In this document: positions 25,901 to 37,800 of the stretch, in pieces
Position numbering within the stretch: position 1 is the stretch's first letter
How the letters are laid out: each line of letters starts with the position of its first letter
Assembly: GCA_000934665.2 (NCBI GenBank)
Contig: KZ537965.1
Location: 1 to 64,000, forward strand
DNA length: 64,000 nt
Direction: 5' to 3'
From: Catajapyx aquilonaris
Lineage: Eukaryota
Made by a program: the position numbers and the translations under genes
Notes under the pieces: generated by a model
Told to the model about the DNA's origin: nothing
Database searches by the model: none
Seen by the model: only the letters and a program-made list of their open reading frames with translations

Positions 25901-28900
25901 GATAATTACTATGTTTTTTTTGTGCGACTTTAGAGTCACTTTTTTTTAAAGGACGAAATGTGTTTGGCCGAAAATGGCGATACCAGCACGTGCTCAGGGG
26001 GTGAGGCTGCGTTACGAATCCCTATGATATAAATGGGGTTGAAATATTATGATGATCTGCGGAGTAAAGCCTGGGGGACCTTCACGGCATGCCTCGCCTG
26101 CCTCTTTATGGTTATTGATGTAGTCTTAACTAGCGCGTTATGAAGAAGAGGCACAGTTCGCATGCACTAGGCGTTTTACTTTCTCCATCTCCCCTCCCGG
26201 CCACGCCATCTTCTAACCCCAGAAGCTAGCTTTAGTCAGTGGATGAATTGCCGGCGCAGTAAGGAGCGGGTTATGCCTGGCAAGTTGTGGAAACTTTTTA
26301 GTCTGCTGAATTACCTTGCACTTTGTCATTAGCCTGGGCGTGGCTTTACTCTCTCTCTGAGAGTCAGGGCACAATGCGATGTTCCGAGGGGAGGCCCTTC
26401 CAAAAACGACGGTCCTTGCGCCACTAGGAAAAGAAAATTAAGGTTACGTGCAAATTTCATTTCAGCAATTTCCCTTAGGGAGCACGAGCAGTGACTTGAG
26501 TTATTGGGAAATCTGCCTCTTTTATGAAATATTCATCTCCGAGTTGCACGTACTTGACAAAGCAAGTGGAAAGGAAGAGGGAATGCTGCGAGGACTTAAA
26601 GGGAATTTACAAAGGCAAACATCTCCGGGGATTTTGGGGGGAGGCTTTTAAAAGTCACTGTTATATTCCCATCTAATCGAAAGAGCCAGGGCTGAAATGA
26701 CATATTCTGCGCATGAGTTATTCTTCAGAAAAAAAAGAAGAAGACGAAGAGAAAAAAAAACTCCATGCTTCCAATCCGACCCCCCAATTTCTCTAAAGCA
26801 ACTTTTTTTTCCTTCCAGCGTCTTTTCGCATCGCTCGTGATTGAGGCCTAACGAATTATGGAGATGTATTGAATTCGCCAAGAAAGTTTCGCTCTGAGTA
26901 GGGTGCATTTTCAGCTATTTTATTACTTCCGACGTTCAATCGCGAGGTGGATAAGCTTTCAGTTGGCAGAATTTAGGGCTAGCCCCAAAGCCATAGCACC
27001 CCAAACTTTTTTTCCCCTACTCTCAGCAGGTGCGCATAGTCATGCAACATTTCCTGAAAAGTACTAGATGAAGTTATTGTCTTCAGAAACGAATACCAAT
27101 GAATAGAATTCTGGCCCCGTACAGTGTCTACAACCTCAAGTACAAGCTGGCATACCATGCAGTAAACAAGATTAGTTCCAGAACATCTTTTTTTTGAACC
27201 GCCTATATCTGTCACGGTTTCATCGCGAGGACAGCTGACTTGATCCCGGAAGAAGTCACAATACGAGGAGGAAAAAGCCTTTGCGCTCAGCATCATTGGA
27301 ACCTATTGACCCTTTCATTACAAGGCAGCCTTTTCACTCTCGTCTGAAGCGACGGGAGTCCTCTCTCCTCGGGTATAAGAAGCGTGCCGAATTGTTTCCT
27401 ACCGGGTTCCAAAAAGGCGACTCCGGGAATAGGAAAAGCGACAGAAAAGGCTTCGTCGTCTTCTAACCGAACGCACATACTAAAAAGGAAGCGAGTCTGT
27501 CGCAAGAAAATTAAAGCGTCTCGTAGAAACCCCCCTTTTCATAATTCGGCACCTCGAACCTGAGCTCTGGAATCTAATATCGGAGATGGTATTGACACTG
27601 GGGAAAAAAAGATGAAAAACAGGATGAATAGTAAAAATCCGTAAGAAAAATGGCAACGTCGCAACCACATAGCTGTGACTCTGTAAAGAACTGCTACTTG
27701 TAGCGGATAGACCGACGGAACTTAACAAAAAGATCAGTGCTACTAGAGAATTTCCTGGTTACATGAATTTTTTCCGTTTTTTCTCTCCCGTTGCTTCTAT
27801 AGCCCCTTTGCCATGGGGGTTCAGATAGGCAACCGAGCACAATGCTATCGGCGTCCGACCGCGATTGACTTGCCGGCTCTGCTGGAGGTACGTGGCCTCA
27901 GGAGAGGGGTGAATAATAGCAAGGGAGAGGAGGGGAAGGGAGGAAGTGAAAAGGCAAATGGGATTTCGACAAGCCTGGTCTTAAGCTGTTTGGGGGGGAA
28001 GGTTGCGGCAACTCTGGTTTGCACCAAGATTGCGATCAGGGAGAAGGTGTGGTTTTGTTGCCTTGTTGCGAACCTCACTTATATATACGTATGTGTAGAG
28101 GCGTGACAAGACCCGCCATGTTGGGGAACAATGGAATATTTTGCCAGACAGGTTGCGATGAAATATTAAGCAATGTTTATGGGATGTTGCATATGTGAGC
28201 CGTGCATACATTATGCATCGGTTGCCTTCGATCTGCGGCGAGGCTTTAAATCAATCGATTGGAGGATTATGCAGTGTGGTGCACAGACTGTTGTCTCTTT
28301 GCGGTATGGTCTAATCCTCCAGACTCACAAAAATGCTGGGAGCCAATTCCATTTCGTTTGGTCTCGAACGTCTCATAGAGAGGGGAAAAGGGAGGGGTAT
28401 CAGAGCAGGCGGAGATAAAGACGCAAGTTATTTGTAATGATGATTGGGAGGGTGGTTGGATGCCAATAATAGTAGGGAGTGAGGAGATTATGGGGAGGGT
28501 TTGGTCCTGGAGAGGGGGGGAAATGGAAGAAGGGAGAGTTGGAATGAGCAGAGAAGACGAAAAAAATGTCTTGTGCTTGCATCCGCCACCAGGGTGTTGT
28601 CAAGGGAACGTGACATAATTTTCTAACCCTCGATCATTCCATCATCGAAAGGCTCAGCACCTTTTTGCCTCACCCTGTACGTTGGGTACGGCCGGAGCAA
28701 AAACTTCAGCTTGAAGACGCAATTAATTAATCTGGTGGAAATAATCCTCATCAGGAGACGCCAGGAGTTAACGTTCGAAAGTGCTGGCTTTTTGCCTTGT
28801 TAGCAAACTTTCTTGTATGTATATTTTTTGTAAACATTTGCTGACTTGTTTAATTCTCCAAGTATCCATTAGTAGTGAGAAGCTGGGAGAGAGTGGTTAT

Positions 28901-31366
28901 GGTTTTGTGCAAGTTGGGATTTCCAATGCTTTTTCCCGTCATTTCATTTACTTCGAGGGGGGAAGGCCAAAACTTCACACCTTAAAAGACAAGAATACCC
29001 TGTGTAGGTTAAGCTTTTCCGACAGAGTCCTGGAAGAAGTCGTGTTTTATGACCAAACTTTTCTAATTAGGGAAAGTTATTAGAAACTCTGTGAAGAGTT
29101 GGTCCAAGCCCAGCCGAACTTGCACAGCCCACCCAACCCGCAACCCCAATGCCCCTTTTTTGTATTTTTTTCCCCTGCAAAAAAAACATCGTGCAAATTT
29201 GGCAACAAAAAAATCCACACCCTAATTACCGTATTTTTTTCTAGTGCGTTTTCTATATATAAAAACAGCACTCTCGCAGTGATTTCAAGCCTAAAGTGAC
29301 AAGTACCGACAGGTATTAAGAAGGAATACCGAATGGGGCCCCCTCTGGTAATGAGAGGAGCCTGTGGAGCAGCGCAAGTTTTGTTGACAGTGATAAATTC
29401 GACGGAGGAGGGAAAGGGCCGACCCATTGACTACACATATTTGCATTAATTTCGGCAAGGAAAGGGGCTTTAGTGGAGAAGGGGGTGTGCCTGCAGGAGC
29501 CATTTCAGGGGTGGTTTTCTGAGCCCGTTTTGCTTGGAGATGGGGGAGGGGTGGGTATATAGGAAAGGGGCACTTCCTTCCGCCAGAGAGTGTTCCGCCG
29601 GCCCTCCCAAGAATCAATCAGGGCCAAAAGTCTGGCGCCGTCACGCGCCCCCTGTACTTTACAACAAAAATTGTGAGAGGGGGGGAATTTTGGTCGCAAA
29701 ATAAAAATTGTTCGTTGTAAAAATTACACTTTTTGAGGGATTAACATTAGTGAGTAGAATATGCATATTCAGGCCATTTGCTGAGTGGATATGAAACCTT
29801 GCTAATCTTTGCACAATATACATATTTTTAGGCAATATGTTTACTGCGTACAACTATGTAGTCTGTTTCAATACGCCACGTTTTAAATAATCTGAAACGC
29901 ACACTGCGCAGTGCAAAAAAGCTACTTAGTCAGCCTGTTTTTTTTGTAAAGGCAATAATGTGCATAAACTGTGCATGCTTTCATCAGAAAGAAATGTCTT
30001 ATAAAGTCGAGTTGACAGGAGCTTACATTTTAATCACACTTGGGACTAGTGGATATGACGAGATTATCGTATTGAGTGTAGTCAATATTCGACCTCTTTT
30101 GAAGTACTTAGTGGATTCCGGAGCATTCTTCAGCTTTATGTGCACTTTCCGAAAGTCAGACTCGGAAAAGAAAGACCGCAATGTTTTGTCAATAATTGAT
30201 GACGCGGCATCAGATATGGCCTCAAGGGGACATGAGCGGTGACGTCAACTCTTTCCACTAGTTGACTCCCAGAAAATAAGCCTGAGGGCATTATAGCCCC
30301 CCCTCCCTTATGCAGACGAAATGGAGTTAACGTATGTCCGGAAGGGAACCCACTCGGCACATGAGCCCTGTTACAATTTGTATAGGACTCATTAAACTTG
30401 ATTCTGTTCAGTATTGCCCTTTAAATATGACGAATGGTAGGTAATCCCATATTTATGAAATTTCCTCTCCCAGTAATGGGTGGCGTGGGTTTTTTGCACA
30501 AAAAAAAACTTGGGCCATGTTTGTGCTCTCAGGAAATCGAATTAGGCCAAGTACAAACAGCCGAACCGACCACGTAATTCTGTTACGCAACAGTCGCTTT
30601 GATCAACAGGTCAGTGATTCAGTCACCACTCTTTTTTTATATATATACCACCCTACCCGATGGTTATCATTGGCTTTGCTAATTGAAATGACTATCACAA
30701 ATTGGCCCCCTTTACCTCCTGTGGGGTGTTTCCTATCTATACCTGAAATGATGGTGGGGCCACGATCTGACGTCGATAATTTGCCGGTGTGAAAATTACT
30801 CAAGCATACCTTTCCCCTGGAATAAATCGCCAGCACGTGTATCGCAGCAGTTTGGGCTTTTCCCCTGGCTGTATTACTGGGAGGGTTTGAGTCGGGGCAT
30901 AAAGCAAGGCTGGGAATCACTTGAATCACCCCAGGACACTTTTAAGACGCGCTAATTCTTTACCTGGCGTCGTATCGCTTCCGTACACGCAACCCAAGCA
31001 CGACAGCCCTATTTGTTTTGTACAGAAAAAAGTGCGGTAATGGTCGTCTCCCCGCATTTTTTTAAAAAAAAAAGTGAAACAAATTTTTCCCCAGGTGCAA
31101 CCTCCAGAGTTGAAAAGGTTTAAACGGATTGGTCATATTTGGTTGGCCGTGTGCACATACTTCATCAACCTGGGCTACCGGTCCGAGCCGTGTTGGCCCA
31201 GCAATGTGTTCTCATTTGCGGATGTTGTTATCCATGATGGCATAGTTTTAATGGGGTGTGAAAAATTATAGCGACACTATTACACATTTGGGCCAAGCAA
31301 AGCGAAGCAAAGTTTGACCTGGAAATATTCCATGAGCGGGGATTTTTGTGCCTCTGATGGTCGTGC

Positions 31367-31710
31367 ACGTAGACGCTACATTGACATTACATAGACGTTT
31401 CTTAAGCGTTGACGTTACATTAGATGTTTCTTAAACGTTGACGTTACGTAGACGTTATACTTAAACGCAGGCGTTACACAGACGTTACGCAGAAGGCACT
31501 TAAACGTAGACGTTACATAGACATTACACAGACGTTACGTAGAAGGCACTTAAACGTAGACGTTACATAGACATTACACAGACGTTACGTAGAAGGTACT
31601 TAAACCTAGACGTTACATAGACATTACATAGACGTTACACAGACGTTACGTAGAATGCACTTACACGTAGACGTTATGTAGAAGGTTCTTAAACGAGACG
31701 TTACATAGAC
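31367..31710. repeat. Minisatellite of 11-bp units (AGACGTTACAT-like) with a 50-bp higher-order period
   Basis: TAAACGTAGACGTTACATAGACATTACACAGACGTTACGTAGAAGGCACT recurs at 31501 and 31551, and as a variant at 31601. Both ends are degenerate. Confidence 0.92.
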
Positions 31711-31818
31711 GATATATAGACAACAACATCAGTTTATTTATTTTGTACCCCGTTTTTAGTATAGGTCTACACAAGATTAGGCTTATTTTTAAATTTTCGT
31801 TTTTTTCCCCCCTGGCAG

Positions 31819-32160
31819 ATGTGACGGCCGTGCCATTGGAGACGGTGTTCACGGAGGCCGGCGCGAATGTGACCATCAGCTGTCCCGGCGTGACGGAGCA
31901 CTCTCTGGTCCTGATGCTGGAGTGGCGATGTCGGGGATGCTCGCAAGGCAACACGGCCATCGGAGGAGGCCAGGAGATCAAGCTGGTGGAATACCGGAGC
32001 GAGAGCACCACCGTCTGGCAGAACAGGCATCGGATGACCCTCATGCCGGACACATACGCCCTTTACTTCCATCCCGTCATCGCAGGGGACAGTGGAGAGT
32101 ACAGCTGTCTGGTCAACAACAGGCCCAGACCGGAGTCGCTGGTCAAGCTCGTCGTGCAAG
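31819..32160 (+). CDS. Internal coding exon encoding one immunoglobulin V-set-like domain of a cell-surface receptor/adhesion protein ([D]VTAVPLETVFTEAGANVTISCPGVTEHSLVLMLEWRCRGC...FHPVIAGDSGEYSCLVNNRPRPESLVKLVVQ)
   Basis: Ig hallmarks are present: B-strand Cys (VTISC), C-strand Trp (LEW), F-strand D-x-G-x-Y-x-C (DSGEYSC), terminal LVV strand and an N-glycosylation sequon NVT. The acceptor is ttttcgtttttttcccccctggcag (AG 31817-31818) and the donor is CAAG|gtaaaa (GT 32161-32162). The exon is 342 nt and phase 1 at both ends, as is typical of Ig-domain exons, and is markedly GC-richer than its flanks. Confidence 0.93.
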
Positions 32161-34858
32161 GTAAAAAATAATAATAATTTGTGCACAAAAATTGATTAAA
32201 GTCTGACACCCTGGGTGTGTGTATATCATTGTGGATGGGGAAATATTGGGTGGGTGAGAGCAGCTGGGGCTCTCGGTGCGCATTCAGAGCAGCACGTCTG
32301 ATTAGGCTCCTGTTTGGCATGAAACACAGTTTGCAGCTTCGGCACAGGAAATTAGTGCCGCTGCACTCGGCTCTACTAGACGCTGCGTTTGTGTAGGCGT
32401 CTGACTTAACACTAGTGGCCATGTAGGACAAAAGGCCAGGTCGTAACCCACACACAAAAGCCACTTTTTAAGTAAAAGCCTGGATAACTAAGTTACTACG
32501 TTCAATTTGTCTTAATGATAGCGGCCGATATTTTTAGCATGCATTTATGTAGATGGGTTAATTCACTTGGCCTGCTTGTAGGGAACTCTTACCCCTTTTT
32601 CTTTCTGCCCCAAAATACATTGCAAGTTAATGCACTGTGCTTCTAGTTATTAAATTATTTATGCCTGTTTGCCGCTTTAATTAAAAAGGGAAGAACGCTG
32701 CAGCCAAGAGAGGGTTCAAGAATTTTCATTCTGTCGAACCACGGAGCCCACGAGGCAACTTCAATTTTTCGCGCGTTTAATTAAACGGGGTTCAAGTTGA
32801 AGAAATTTGCCAAAAACGGACGTGATGTATATCCCTGTACTCGAAAATGTTTTGAGTAAATTTTAACTAATGAAATTCGTCAAAATTTGCATACTATTTG
32901 AGTCTCCGTCTAACTTGTGGTTAAAATGTCTGCACCTATAGCCATTAATTATCCCCTGGCGGGCTTTAAAAATCTTCATAGCCATGCAGGAAGCCCGTTT
33001 CCGTTATATTTTTAATTACGCCTGTGCGTGCCAGGTTGCCCGAATGTTGGTCTGGATGTGATGGGACAGTCTACAAACAGGTGGAGATGTCCGGTAGTCA
33101 CGGACGGAGGAAATGCTAATGATCTGCACATGCCGGGGTGTGTCACTGACCTGAAGTGTCATACGGGTCGTCGACCCATACACACTGGTAACACATATTC
33201 GGGATTCCACACTCGCGTGTTTTGTACTATTGATAAGGCAAGAGTCTCCCTCCGAAAATAATTGGGCGCTTCCAATTTAAAGTTTTCCCTTAGCTTTGTT
33301 GCGTGCGGTTGTCCAGGAATCACATTGTGTCCGGAGTGCCATTCGAGACGTCCAGGATTTGTTTACAGCGGAGGAGTACTGGGCAAAGGAGCTTCGGCCA
33401 ACCCCAGTCATTTGGTTGTCCCGGCAACTATTATCATCCGTCGGCCACCTTATAATTAGGGTCCCTTAATTAGAGGGCGCTTTAGGTGTAGCGCAAGGAG
33501 ACCTGGCTGCTGCATTTTTATTATTTACGATTGCAAAATGGGTGTGCCCAACATGCGTGACACCTTACGCAACACCGGATATGAATTAGTTTTGCCAGCA
33601 ATTGTATGTACATTCCGTAATATTCCACACATACACATTACATGCGATCTGTCAGTAGCCTATTTCTAAGGTAATTTATTAGGGACTAATGTATAGTTAG
33701 GTTGGCCTATTAATATCATTGCCCATTTGAGAGCGGAAACATTGTCTCGCGAGGATCTAATCTGGTTCACGCGAGCCTCCGAAAGGCAGCAATGAACGCA
33801 AAATGGTTCTTAGAAGGTGGGGTCCAACTCAATCGGCCAGAACCGCCTGCTTTTGAATGACACGAGTCATTATGCTTGGAAGATCCATCGCTTAATTGGC
33901 CCACCTGTTATTTTTCGGGTGCTGCTCCATGTCGGTTCCTCTTTCCCATTACGTATTAACCTAGAAGCGCCCCCCGCTTGCTGGAGAGGCATGAATTGTG
34001 CATTGCAGAGTCTCTGTTTTGGTTAGGTTGGGCAGGAAATTGATCTACATGAAAATTGCATGGTAATTGACTTTGTAACACAAACAGGCGGTGTTTCAGG
34101 GCGGGGGTGGGACGGACAGGGGGAGTGTTGGTTTAGCCGGCGTTCAAATTCCTACAAATGCAAAACAACGTAAACTGCGGTGATGTGGTTCGAAAACGGA
34201 AGCGTGGCTTCCGCATTCGAAATTGAGATATTGCGCCGCATACCCGTCATGTAGGAGTTTGGCGCTTGAAACTTCCATTACCAGCCAGCACTCGGCCAAA
34301 GTAATGAGCCCCGTGCGGTTAGCCCAGTCAGGAAGTACACTTGGTCAAATAAACGCCAACACTCCCTCTGAACGATTTCACTCTGGGACTAGGGGACTCG
34401 CAAAAAAAACAAAAATTGGCATGCATGGACCCATAACTTATGCACTGGAGCCGTGGGTTGGAAACAATCGCAAAAGTACACCCTATTCAGATTCCTTCGC
34501 AAAATCATAAGTGCCTTCCAACCAGCTTTGTGATAAACACATTAAAAAGGTGGTGTCGGCTCCTAAGCAATTGGAAGCGATAATACCAGTGCAAAGGCTG
34601 GCAACTTGAGGTGTTAAAGTAGAAGAATAATTAAGTCATCTCAGGGCTGCGAGCGAGGCCCGCGCGAAAAGGAGGAGTTAATCAGCACCTTTCGCCGGTT
34701 ATAAAAATGTGCCGAGCTATAATCATGTCTTGGGTTCGCAGTTTTATAACGTTACGAGCTCGGGCGATGGTGGTCTCCGTTATTTTTATTCGGCAATCAA
34801 AACGGAGGATCTAGACGAAGGAAAAAGGCTGACCCGCATTCTTTAGCATGACCACGTG

Positions 34859-34884
34859 GAGCTAGGCCTAGCTAGGCCTAGCTC
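34859..34884. repeat. Perfect 26-bp palindrome made of a duplicated 10-mer
   Basis: GAGCTAGGCCTAGCTAGGCCTAGCTC equals its own reverse complement. Confidence 0.9.
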
Positions 34885-37800
34885 GTTTCAATCAGTTTTA
34901 GAGCAAACCGCAGAGATTTTTGTAAATACGGTACTGATACCTTTACCGTGGTACCCACGCCAGTTAGTTGGGCCTGTTAATGAGCGTCCTGTTCTCTTGT
35001 AGCAAAAATGTGTCAGAGGAGTCAGGTGTGACACATGGCGCCATATAACTAACCCCCCGCTTGAATTGGTGTGTAGGACGCAAAAGTTAGTTACAGCAGC
35101 GGCATCAGGGCGGCAGCTATCCGGTGCACTGGTCCGTAGAGACATAGCTGTTGGGCGGTTAATAAGCGGAAGCGTCGATTCCCAGAGGAAGGGGCGCCTG
35201 TTAGGCAGAAGTAGCCCCCCCTCGCCCTCTCCCACCATTTTCAATAGGTGGGAACAAATGCAAATCCCTGAAAATTATGGAAATTGATCTGCTGGAGCTT
35301 CAGGCACGTCGACTGCTGTCCTGTGACGGTTCCCTTTAATTGGAAAGCGATGTAGGATGATCCTGTCCGATGCATTTGGAACAGGTACGTTCTGCCCACC
35401 AGTGTATTGCGTTTGCCTCTTCCTGTTAATAAAACTGGGACCAATATTTCGCATCCATTTAATTACATAGCCTGGTTTTGTGGGAGGGTTGATAGTAGAG
35501 TCTTGGCAAGAGCAGCACAGCTCGAGGGGTACCGGGCAGTGATCCAAGAAGCTATTGAATCCCTTTGACCGCACTACTGCAAGCACGCCATCACTGCAAA
35601 TTCGATCTGAGCGGCCGGGCACGAAACAGGGCCTCCCCGCATTTTAAAACCGCCCTTCCCACCCTCCCAAAATTTAATTTCACCTCCTCCCTGCCTCTGT
35701 TTATGCTAAGAGGAGGGAGAGAACCATATACTTTTAGCAGAGGGGGGGAGGCTTCTGGTGACCTGATTACTTATTCCTCTCCATGTCCACAGTTGGGTCC
35801 TGTTGCATACTGGGGGACTTTTAGTGGACTATCGCATGGTAGGGTCATAAACCCGTTGGATCATTGAAAAGAGGCAGCAAATGATAAAGGCAGGATTGTT
35901 GGCCAAAAGTGATTTATAGCGCGAATAGGGTGGAAACAATGTGCATCCTCCTTCCTTCCCAGGAAAAAAAGGTTTTCCTCGGCGAAAAAGAGGGGACAAG
36001 AGGAAAAGATGCGGGCTTGGAAGAAATTTATATTAAACGAAGGAGATGACGGGTGGGATAAGAAGTGGATGTTCATAAATCAAAGGGAGGCGGTGGGTGG
36101 GTTGAGTGGAAAGTATAGGCAAGTCTGAGGGAAGGGCTTTTGGACCTGCGAAAAAGAAGGTGGTTTTGGTGGCTCGAGACCTGGAATTGATCAGAAATTT
36201 TCACATCGATTTTATTTTAGAAGGGGTTTTGAAGCCGAGGGATATTATAGGAAAGGGGGGGTTTTGGCCAGGTTTTTTTCCAGATAGCATGACTGTGAAA
36301 CCTCTGTCGCTTTATAGGACGGACTTTAAAAGCTCTCAGAATGGAGACCGCTGGACTAAGACGTGTGGGCGACTCCTGAAAGCCTGATTCAGTTCGACTG
36401 GAAAAGTTTGCACTCTTTTCATGAAGAGAAGGTGCTGTAGTGGAAATGGACCCAGCTTTTCAGACAGTGTTTCATTACTATTCAGCCACAATTTTAGGGC
36501 GAACTCTAGTCAAATTATTTATTATTACCGACATAATGGGCTGTACCTGTAAGCTCTCTCGGTGTTACCTAATGGATTAAACTGTATTCAGTGAGATAAT
36601 TACATCTTGTACAGAGTCGCATAGTTGCTCATTATTAATATCCGTCAACTTGAGTGGAGTTCAAAGTTGAGGTTGTCCGCTGTACTAATGCATTTTCTTT
36701 TGAGAGGAGTCTCCACATATTAGTGAGCAATTAAAATTAATAGGAGTAAATCCGCTGCATCATCTAGTGTAATTTAACCTTCCTTGCATTGCACACTGTG
36801 TAAATTTCCGCGGTGGCAAGCTGGAATGGCGAGGGGCATCGTTCATGATGACTACTAACAAAACTCGCAGCAGGTTTATAGTAGTATCCAGTCCCCCCAA
36901 GTTGTTTTTTTCCCTTGCCGAGGAAATAAGAAGGAGGTGGAGAAGCTCTACTAATTAATTGTTGTTTAATTACGTCATAAATTAAAAGCACACGGGGCGC
37001 ATCTTTATAGGCTTGGGCCTGCCCCAGGAATCGTTAGGCGCTCCTTTTTGCTGCTAATTTTAAGGGCTTGGGTGTAACTTTGCGGCGGTAAATGTTACGA
37101 CAGTCGAGAGTGAAATGCTCGTAATTAGTGGGACGCCATATTGGATGACGTCATTAGTATTGCATGCAGTGTCTATGGCTGTTGTACTGTAACATTGCAG
37201 GGCTAGTAAGAAACGTCCAACTCGGTTTGTTTGCAGGGCCCCGAGGGTTAAAAGGCGTGGTTTTCATTCGGCTCACTCGGGCCGGGTTAATTAATTTGCT
37301 TTATCAAGATAATCAAGCTCAGGCATTCGATATTTCCGTTTAGGTTATTACTACTGTGCAGCTTCCGGCCACAGAACCGCGTCATTAATAAAGCTGTCCT
37401 GGGGAATCATTCACAGTCTCATTATGCTGCGGTTTATGAATATCCGTACTCTTATTACGCTGTTTTAATTTTAATATTTGCCATCGTGTGTGCGTGGTAC
37501 ATACGCCAGGACTTGTTGGCACAAGTGTAATGAACAATTGGCATTTTCTGTTTATGTAGGGTTCGGGAGATGTCCCCAACTTATATGTTGAAAAAATTGA
37601 AGCAATTTTTGCTTTACTGTAATGAGTGGATGTGGGTGCCTTTTTTGTGCAAATGTCAAGTACGGGTGTCAGCACAGGGTGAAGAACATCACCTGGTTCA
37701 ACGCGTTTCATCCGAGGCGTGTAATGATTAGGTGCTATACTGCAGGCGTGATAATAGGACCGTGCCTTTTAAATAGGATGGCACTTCATCACACCAGTTT

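Noticed and set aside
31661..32464. Overlapping minus-strand and alternate-frame ORFs (31661-32053, 31767-32186, 31922-32164, 32063-32464)
   Set aside because: These are shadows of the GC-rich Ig exon with no independent protein signature.
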